NCBI GenBank assembly: GCA_016937715.1
Contig: JAFGWA010000050.1
Span: forward strand, 9,311 to 73,310
Reading direction: 5' to 3'
Source: Candidatus Goldiibacteriota bacterium
GTDB taxonomy: Bacteria; Oederibacteriota; PGYV01
Length of the DNA: 64,000 bases
Both the position numbers and the translations under genes were made by a program. Numbering within the stretch: position 1 is the stretch's first letter; every line of letters starts with the position of its first letter. Under the pieces are notes generated by a model that saw nothing but the letters and a program-made list of their open reading frames with translations, did no database searches and was not told the DNA's origin. This document shows, one piece after another, positions 57,836 through 64,000 of the stretch.

Positions 57836-58042
57836 CTAATCTTCTGTTCTATACCCTGCTCCCTCTATCGCTTCTTTTATCTTATCCAAATTTATCTTTT
57901 TTTCATCAAAGTGTACCCTTACTTCTCCCTTTTTAAAATCCGCCTTCACTTTTATTACCCCTTCCAGTTCCACCAGCGCGTCGTTTATATTTGCCTCGCA
58001 CCCTGTGCAGTGCATTCCCTGTACTTTAAGCTTTATGTCCAT
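57836..58042 (-). CDS. copZ: Copper chaperone (HMA domain)
   Basis: GMHCTGCEANIND motif, 68 aa. Confidence 0.8.
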   Translation of the reverse strand: MDIKLKVQGMHCTGCEANINDALVELEGVIKVKADFKKGEVRVHFDEKKINLDKIKEAIEGAGYRTED

Positions 58043-58101
58043 TTTACCCTCCGTAATAAATACCGGGCGCCTTTATCAGGCGCCCGGCAAAATCATTTAA
58101 A

Positions 58102-58443
58102 TTACTTTGCCTCTTTCATCATTTTGCATTTTTCCATGCATTTACCGCGGTTCTCCAGCCAGCCTTTTGCAAATTCCTGTATTTTTGCCGCGTCAGCGCC
58201 GTCTTTTTTTGCTTTAAGTTCAATTACAGCGCCTTCCTTTGTGTTCTTAACGGAAAAATCCGCGTTAAGCCCGCAGCACCCTTTCCCGTCTTTATTATTC
58301 ATGCAGTCTTTTGCGTCTTTTCCCTGCATCTTCATCTTTGCGCATTCCATATCTGAACTTTTAGTTACAGCCTTATCAGCGGCTAATGCCGATACCGCGA
58401 ACAACATTGCAAAAACCATAAGTAATAAAGTTACTTTTTTCAT
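58102..58443 (-). CDS. Secreted Cys/Met-rich small protein, probable periplasmic metal (copper) binding protein
   Basis: Signal peptide. MECAKMKMQGKDAKDCMNNKDGKGCCG...KCMEKCKMMKEAK has 6 Cys and many Met in 90 mature residues. Confidence 0.45.
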   Translation of the reverse strand: MKKVTLLLMVFAMLFAVSALAADKAVTKSSDMECAKMKMQGKDAKDCMNNKDGKGCCGLNADFSVKNTKEGAVIELKAKKDGADAAKIQEFAKGWLENRGKCMEKCKMMKEAK

Positions 58444-58523
58444 ACTTGCACCTCAATTTTTTATTTTTTAATACCGTTACAACACTTACTTTTATATCAC
58501 CATCCTTTCCTTTTTTTATAATT

Positions 58524-58778
58524 TCAGCTCCCCTTTATCATATTTAAAATTTCCGGACCTTTTACAATTGCAATGACCGTAAGCGTGACAATGTACACGC
58601 AACCAAGCACTATTCCCGCAATTGCAAAATTTTTTCCGCCTTTTCCTTCTGCCGCCACTTCTTTTAACGCGAACACTCCCATAAAAATTGCCAGAAGCGC
58701 TTTTTCCAGCCCTAAAAGGTTTAAAAAAGAGATAATTCCCGCAACTAACGCAAATACCGCGAATCTGCTTCTACTCAT
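58524..58778 (-). CDS. Small 2-TM membrane protein (DUF4190-like)
   Basis: 84 aa with two hydrophobic helices. Overlaps the anti-sigma gene by 8 nt. Confidence 0.4.
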   Translation of the reverse strand: MSRSRFAVFALVAGIISFLNLLGLEKALLAIFMGVFALKEVAAEGKGGKNFAIAGIVLGCVYIVTLTVIAIVKGPEILNMIKGS

Positions 58779-59313
58779 GTTTGCACCCCTTTACAGGACA
58801 GTTTGTAATTCCCTTTTCTTCACAACACGCGCACATCATTGCCGAACACCTGCCGCAGAATTCAATATAGTTTGCCGGGGCAAATAAATTTAAAACGCTG
58901 CCCGGAATTATAGAACCCACCGCTATTTCTTTTACCATCCCCGACGTTTTATCGGACGTCACCCCGTAAACCGCGGGTGATGAAAGCATTAAAACCGAAA
59001 ATATAAGGACAAATACGGATAACGCCACAGGTATGGGCAGCCACTTAAAGGAAGGAATTTTTACCTTTGGCGCGGCTTCAAGCTTTGAATACAATTTCTG
59101 CCTGAAATAAGGGTCAATTTGGGTATCATGTTTCACAGACAGCAGCTTTTCCTGCGCCCTTTTAAGTTTTTCAAGTTCCATCCTGCATGTTTCACAGGTA
59201 ATAATGTGCTGCGCTACCTCTTTGGAATCCGCGTTATTCAGTTCTTTATCCATAAAAGCGCTGAGTTTTAAAAAGACTCTTTTATGTTCCATAAAACACT
59301 CCTTAAACATCAT
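58771..59313 (-). CDS. zf-HC2-type putative anti-sigma factor with one TM helix and a Cys-rich extracytoplasmic tail. Start set at MMFKEC.
   Basis: N-terminal C...H...C..C pattern (KECF...AQHIITCETCRMELEKLK), TM helix WLPIPVALSVFVLIFSVLML, C-terminal CGRCSAMMCACCEEKGITNCPVKGCKHE. No ECF sigma gene adjacent. Confidence 0.55.
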   Translation of the reverse strand: MMFKECFMEHKRVFLKLSAFMDKELNNADSKEVAQHIITCETCRMELEKLKRAQEKLLSVKHDTQIDPYFRQKLYSKLEAAPKVKIPSFKWLPIPVALSVFVLIFSVLMLSSPAVYGVTSDKTSGMVKEIAVGSIIPGSVLNLFAPANYIEFCGRCSAMMCACCEEKGITNCPVKGCKHE

Positions 59314-59497
59314 ATTTTTTCCTTCACATGTATAAACGTGAAGAAAAGAAAAAACCTGCGGTAAAAATAAAAAAATTTTACAGATTGCGGGCAGATACAG
59401 GCTATGCCCCTTAGACAGACACAATAATCAATCTGCCGGTACCGTGCTGCCGGGTTCAGGATTTATAAGATAAATTACACACTCTTAAGCTTTATTT

Positions 59498-59917
59498 TCA
59501 CTGCTCAGGGCTTTTATTATGCTCCGCATACATCTTCTTTCTTGCTTCCACCTTTGAAAGAATGGTATCCAATTTCTGCGTAAGCGTTCCGGCAGTAAAA
59601 GGCTTTACTATATAACTGTCCGCGCCTGCCATAAATCCTTTTTCAACATCGTTTATCTGCCCTTTCGCGGTAAGAAAGATAACAGGCACTTTTGCCGTGC
59701 TTTCATCGTGTTTTATTATTTTACAGGCTTCCAGTCCGCCCATTACCGGCATCATCACATCCAGCAGTATCACGTCAGGCTTTACTTTTTTTAAAAGTTC
59801 CAGCACTTCTTTCCCGTTCTCCGCCATGTGCAGTTCAAAGTTATCTTCCAGTGTTTCCTTTACCGCCTCCCTGATTACCGGTTCATCTTCCGCCATTACA
59901 ATGACTTTTCTACCCAT
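59498..59917 (-). CDS. Single-domain response regulator (CheY-like receiver only)
   Basis: Receiver acid pocket ...AEDE..., ILLDVMMP phospho-Asp region, TAKG. Confidence 0.85.
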   Translation of the reverse strand: MGRKVIVMAEDEPVIREAVKETLEDNFELHMAENGKEVLELLKKVKPDVILLDVMMPVMGGLEACKIIKHDESTAKVPVIFLTAKGQINDVEKGFMAGADSYIVKPFTAGTLTQKLDTILSKVEARKKMYAEHNKSPEQ

Positions 59918-61622
59918 TACTATTGCCCCCTTTTCTGATTTTTGGCACCTGAAATGAAAATTCGCTGCCTTTTCCCGGAATGCTTTTTACTTTTATTTCA
60001 CCGCCGTGAAGCTCTATTATTTTTTTACTTATAGCAAGCCCTATGCCCGCGCCGCTTATTATTCCCCCGGCTCCGTCTTCAACCCTGAAAAATTTCTGGA
60101 ACAGTTTTTTGCAGTTTTCCCCTGAAATCCCAATGCCTTCATCAGCCACAGAAATTATAAAACTATCCTTATTTTCTTTCAGTTGTACTTTTACTTCCCC
60201 TCCCTTTGGTGAATATTTAATGGCATTTGAAACAAGATTAATTATAACCTGGGTTATCTTTGCCCTGTCAATTTCCACTGTAACCTCTTTTTCACATCCG
60301 CTGATAACTATCTTATGTTTATCTGAAGCATTCATATACATTAAGGCCGTTTCCCTTAATATTTCAGAAACATCCGCGGTTTCAAAAGAACCCACAAGGC
60401 CGCGGCCGGATTCTATCCTTGACAGGTCAAGCACATCATTAATAAGCGCGCCAAGCCTTTTTGTCTCCCTGTATATCACAGAGGCATATTCCCTTATTTT
60501 TTCCGGGGACGGATTCCTTTTAATCATCAGGTCGCTGTAAAGCAGTATCGGGGTTAAAGGCGTTCGAAGTTCATGCGCGACCATGCTCATGAATTCATTT
60601 TTCATCTCTTCCATCTTTTTTTTATCTGTTATTTCATGCAGCACAGCCACGCAGCCGGCAAGTTTTACGCCTGCCCCTTTCATGGGCGCGAAAATACAGA
60701 TAAACGTCCTTATCTCTCCTGACTTTCTTATCGTAATTTCTTCTTTTATCTTTTTTCCTGACTGCATTACTTTTATAAACTGGTCAGTCATCAGTTCGTT
60801 TTTAAGTTTTCCCGCCAGTTCGTTAAACATTATCCCGCTTCTGGCGGAAATAAGTTCTTCCGCTTCCCTGTTCATGGTTACTGTCTTTGTTTCCTTATTA
60901 ACAGCTATGACCGCGTCCCCCATGGATTCAATAATCGATACAGTTCTGTCCTTCTCTTTTGAAAGGTTTTCATTGATTTTTTTAAGTTTGGTATTTATCC
61001 TGTCTACGGCTTTGGTTATATCGCTTCTGTATTCCCCGTCTATTGAACTTTGCACTGCAGTCCGAAAAGTCCCTGTTTTTTTTCCATATGTTTCCCGCAG
61101 CAGTTCAAATATATCTTTCCAGCGTTCAGACCCGTATGAAATCTTATTCTCAAAAGCCCTGTCAAGTATCCACTCCGCGGCCATAACCGCTGTGGACATG
61201 TCGCTGTTGGAATTCCCGCTGATATGTGAAAGTTCATTCAGGCTGTATTTGATATTCCGCATCAGGGATGACGCAAGGCCGGATACTTCATTCGGATTAT
61301 ATTCCGCCCGCTCTCCGAATGATACTTCTTTCATTTTCTCAAGCATGCCTTCCAGCACAAGAAAACAGTTCATTTCGGCGGCAGACGGATTACGGGCCAC
61401 TTTTTCAGCAATTGCCGCGGCTTCACGCGCCATGGACTGAACTCTGAACATCCGCCCCTCTTCGCACTGTTCCACAAGCGCTTCAAGGTCTTCCTTCAAT
61501 ACCTGCGCGTCTGATATTTTGGCGTGCCTTACACTCTGGGAAAGATTGTATATTCTGCTTAAGATTATCCCTCTGTTTGTTTCCTGTCCTTCCATTCCAG
61601 CCCCCTGCAAAAAATAGAACAT
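59910..61622 (-). CDS. Cytoplasmic sensor histidine kinase (PAS plus HisKA plus HATPase_c)
   Basis: H-box MVAHELRTPLTPI, N/G boxes NLVSNAIKYS, DEGIGI, GAGIGLAISK. Overlaps the RR gene by 8 nt. Confidence 0.85.
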   Translation of the reverse strand: MFYFLQGAGMEGQETNRGIILSRIYNLSQSVRHAKISDAQVLKEDLEALVEQCEEGRMFRVQSMAREAAAIAEKVARNPSAAEMNCFLVLEGMLEKMKEVSFGERAEYNPNEVSGLASSLMRNIKYSLNELSHISGNSNSDMSTAVMAAEWILDRAFENKISYGSERWKDIFELLRETYGKKTGTFRTAVQSSIDGEYRSDITKAVDRINTKLKKINENLSKEKDRTVSIIESMGDAVIAVNKETKTVTMNREAEELISARSGIMFNELAGKLKNELMTDQFIKVMQSGKKIKEEITIRKSGEIRTFICIFAPMKGAGVKLAGCVAVLHEITDKKKMEEMKNEFMSMVAHELRTPLTPILLYSDLMIKRNPSPEKIREYASVIYRETKRLGALINDVLDLSRIESGRGLVGSFETADVSEILRETALMYMNASDKHKIVISGCEKEVTVEIDRAKITQVIINLVSNAIKYSPKGGEVKVQLKENKDSFIISVADEGIGISGENCKKLFQKFFRVEDGAGGIISGAGIGLAISKKIIELHGGEIKVKSIPGKGSEFSFQVPKIRKGGNSNG

Positions 61623-61816
61623 ACAGAACCAGGGATTTTAAAAGAATACGCCCGTTTTTGATTTCTCCCCTTACGCTATGAAGTATATACACGCGCACAC
61701 AACAAAGCAAGTTTTTGCCTTTAAAGATAATTTTACTTTTACCTTTTATTCTGATAAACTTTGTTTACTAACGCTTCTAAAATCATGCGTCTAAAAAGAC
61801 CGGAAAACGGTGACAA

Positions 61817-63745
61817 ATGAAACTGGAACTGAACTACGCGAATCTTTGTGAAATACCTTTAAAAAACGCCATAAAGTTCCCCGGCAGGGTTTCCCACAGG
61901 TACAGAAACGGCGAATCCGGTTTTTCAGAAAAAACCTGGCTGCAGTTTGCCGAAGACATTAAATGCCTTGCCGCCGGATTTTCATTTTTTGGAGTAAAAA
62001 ACTCGGCAAAGGCGTCATTTTTCATTGACAACAGATATGAATGGTCTTTAACCGACTATGCCCTGCTTATGACAGGGGCGGTTTCCGTGCCCCGCGGCTC
62101 TGACACGCCGCCAAAAGAACTGCATACCATCTTTATACATTCCGATTCGTCATTTTTAATAATGGAGAATAAAACCATCCTTAAGGAACTTCTGGTGGAT
62201 TTTACGCCCGCGGAACTTGCCCTTATTGAACGTGTTTTTATTGTTGATAAGAGCGATACAGAAATTCCCGATTACCTTCCCCCTGAAAAAATAACATACT
62301 ATTTTGAAGTGCTTGAAAAAGGGAAAAATATCCTTAAAGAAACTCCCGCGGCAGCGGATGAAATGATACAGAGAATAAAACCATCCGGAATTGCTTCCAT
62401 TATTTATACTTCCGGCACTTCGGGAAATCCCAAAGGTGTAATGTTAACACAGGTAAATTTTCTGCATAACGTACGCGCCCTAAGCCCGCTGCTTGAAGCT
62501 AAAATAGACGACGCCGAAACCACCCTTTCCGTTCTGCCAAGCTGGCATGTATATGAAAGGACTTACGAATACTGCACCGCAGCGTGCGGGGTAACAACTT
62601 TTTATTCATCCGTAAAAAACCTGCAGGAAGACCTTATATCACAAAGGCCGCAGATGATAGCTTCCGTCCCCCGCGTGTGGGAAACTTTTCACAGAAAAAT
62701 ATTAAGCAAAATAGACAAAGCTTCACCTGTTAAAAAAGCTGTTTTTTATTTTTTTCTGAATCTGTCTGAAAAAAGGCTTATAACGCAGAATGCCATCAGC
62801 GGCAACAGGATATATTTTAAAAAGAAAGGCGCTTTAAGCCTTTTATTATCATCTTTTTTCCGCAGGCTTAAACTTATTCTGCTGCACCCGCTGTATATGG
62901 CGGCTTTTAAAATATTCACCCCCGTGCGCCAGGCGCTGGGCGGAAATTTAAGGGTTTCTTTTTCAGGCGGGGGTTCGCTTCCAATGCCGGTTGACCTTTT
63001 CTTTAATTCTGTCGGAATAAAACTTGTAAACGCCTATGGAATGACAGAAACCGCGCCCGGCACCATTACAAGGCGCGTGTATAAAAATACCCTTGGTTCA
63101 ATCGGTATTCCCCTTGACGAGACAGAGGTAAAAATATTAAAAGAAGACGGCTCCGCGGCATTACCGGGAGAAAGGGGAATTTTATTCGTCCGCGGCCCGC
63201 AGGTTATGATGGGTTATTATAAAAATCCGGCAGCCACCGCTGAAATACTTTCAGCTGACGGCTGGCTGAACACCGGCGATATTGGATACGTAAGCGAGAG
63301 CGGCGATTACACCATTACGGGCAGGGCAAAAAGCACTATAGTATTGTCCGGCGGAGAAAATCTGGAGCCCGAACCTATAGAGGAAAAACTTAAAGAATCG
63401 GATTTTGTGGAACACGCGGTTGTGCTTGGCCAGGATAAAAAAGGTCTTACCGCGTTTATTTCCATGAACGAAGAACGGTTAAAAGAGTTCGCGGAAAAAT
63501 GGAAGATATCCTTTGAAGAACTTATGCATAAAAGCGGCGAAATCATCATGCACAGCAGGCTTTCCGAAGAAGTCCGGAAAGATTTTAAAAAACTTATCAA
63601 CAGGGAAAGCGGCTTTAAACCCTGGGAAGCTATCACCAACATTGTACTTCTAAAAAAGAAATTTTCCATCGGCGATGAACTTACACAGACCTTAAAAGTC
63701 AAAAGAAAACATGTGGAAAAAAAGTATCACCACCTGATTAAATAG
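61817..63745 (+). CDS. AMP-dependent synthetase/ligase (long-chain fatty-acid-CoA ligase-like)
   Basis: AMP-binding signature IYTSGTSGNPKGVMLT and the GWLNTGDIG region. Confidence 0.85.
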   Translation: MKLELNYANLCEIPLKNAIKFPGRVSHRYRNGESGFSEKTWLQFAEDIKCLAAGFSFFGVKNSAKASFFIDNRYEWSLTDYALLMTGAVSVPRGSDTPPKELHTIFIHSDSSFLIMENKTILKELLVDFTPAELALIERVFIVDKSDTEIPDYLPPEKITYYFEVLEKGKNILKETPAAADEMIQRIKPSGIASIIYTSGTSGNPKGVMLTQVNFLHNVRALSPLLEAKIDDAETTLSVLPSWHVYERTYEYCTAACGVTTFYSSVKNLQEDLISQRPQMIASVPRVWETFHRKILSKIDKASPVKKAVFYFFLNLSEKRLITQNAISGNRIYFKKKGALSLLLSSFFRRLKLILLHPLYMAAFKIFTPVRQALGGNLRVSFSGGGSLPMPVDLFFNSVGIKLVNAYGMTETAPGTITRRVYKNTLGSIGIPLDETEVKILKEDGSAALPGERGILFVRGPQVMMGYYKNPAATAEILSADGWLNTGDIGYVSESGDYTITGRAKSTIVLSGGENLEPEPIEEKLKESDFVEHAVVLGQDKKGLTAFISMNEERLKEFAEKWKISFEELMHKSGEIIMHSRLSEEVRKDFKKLINRESGFKPWEAITNIVLLKKKFSIGDELTQTLKVKRKHVEKKYHHLIK

Positions 63746-64000
63746 AAGGCCTTGAGCCCCTGAATATATTTCTTTCTTCAAGGTTATCACGGAATAATTC
63801 AAGTTTATTTTTTAGCATTTTAGTCATGCTAAGCATGGTATAAAAATTTTCCCTGTTAACCACGCCTTCTTCAAGAGATTCACACAGCTTAAACTGTACT
63901 TTTATAAGAAGCCCTCGGACTTTTACCGCCTGCTGCAGTTTAAATGCCGTATCAACCGATTCAAAACCGTCAAGAATGCCTTTAAACATATCCACGGCAT
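63738..64000 (-). CDS. Hypothetical protein, C-terminal fragment (gene continues beyond the window end)
   Basis: Open frame reaching the window edge, convergent with and overlapping the ligase gene by 8 nt. No recognisable motif. Confidence 0.25.
   Translation of the reverse strand, partial: AVDMFKGILDGFESVDTAFKLQQAVKVRGLLIKVQFKLCESLEEGVVNRENFYTMLSMTKMLKNKLELFRDNLEERNIFRGSRPSI

Overview
The window is 64 kb from what looks like an anaerobic bacterium with roughly mid-40s to 50% GC; almost all genes are on the minus strand. It has rubrerythrin, rubredoxin, desulfoferrodoxin, flavodiiron protein, 2-oxoacid:ferredoxin oxidoreductase and several secreted proteins with T9SS-type C-terminal domains, so it may be uncultivated. 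I found no rRNA, tRNA or CRISPR.

Gene content from left to right:
- A translationally coupled pair (HAMP-PP2C sensor phosphatase, PorV/FadL-like beta-barrel fused to TPR) next to a malectin-domain protein with a T9SS C-terminal domain.
- Housekeeping and transport genes: AlbA_2/HATPase_c_4 regulator, DEAD-box helicase, ABC ATPase, DedA, CDF transporter, PAS histidine kinase, Gfo/Idh/MocA oxidoreductase.
- A long ArsR-headed metalloid operon: arsR-acr3-hgcA-hgcB-arsP-DGC protein-two thioredoxins-lipoprotein-ccdA-arsC. The corrinoid/ferredoxin pair hgcAB sits between the arsenite pump and the organoarsenical permease.
- A GH9 endoglucanase.
- Three small genes (zinc-ribbon protein, AAA/DUF4143 ATPase, flavodoxin) separated by copies of a composite intergenic repeat.
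- The oxidative pentose-phosphate operon (tkt-gnd-zwf-pgl), a nitroreductase, a peroxiredoxin and korAB-like 2-oxoacid:ferredoxin oxidoreductase.
- An oxidative-stress island: rbr, dfx, a ferritin-like diiron protein, fprA, bcp, perR, ferritin, NADH:rubredoxin oxidoreductase, rubredoxin.
- A beta-helix protein and a 1370-aa secreted T9SS protein preceded by a LacI-family regulator and two perfect LacI-type operators.
- A copper locus: PAS histidine kinase, receiver-only response regulator, zf-HC2 anti-sigma factor, DUF4190-like protein, Cys/Met-rich periplasmic protein, copZ, repeats, copA.
- An acyl-CoA ligase.

The most notable point is that hgcAB (the mercury-methylation gene pair) is fully embedded in the ars operon and its HgcA carries NVWCSAGK rather than the canonical NVWCAAGK cap-helix motif. 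The second is a set of recurring intergenic repeat families: octamer arrays plus a CGCGGG hairpin module, a TTAAGCTATAGCTTAA palindromic module, and a GGACAGCGC hairpin module.
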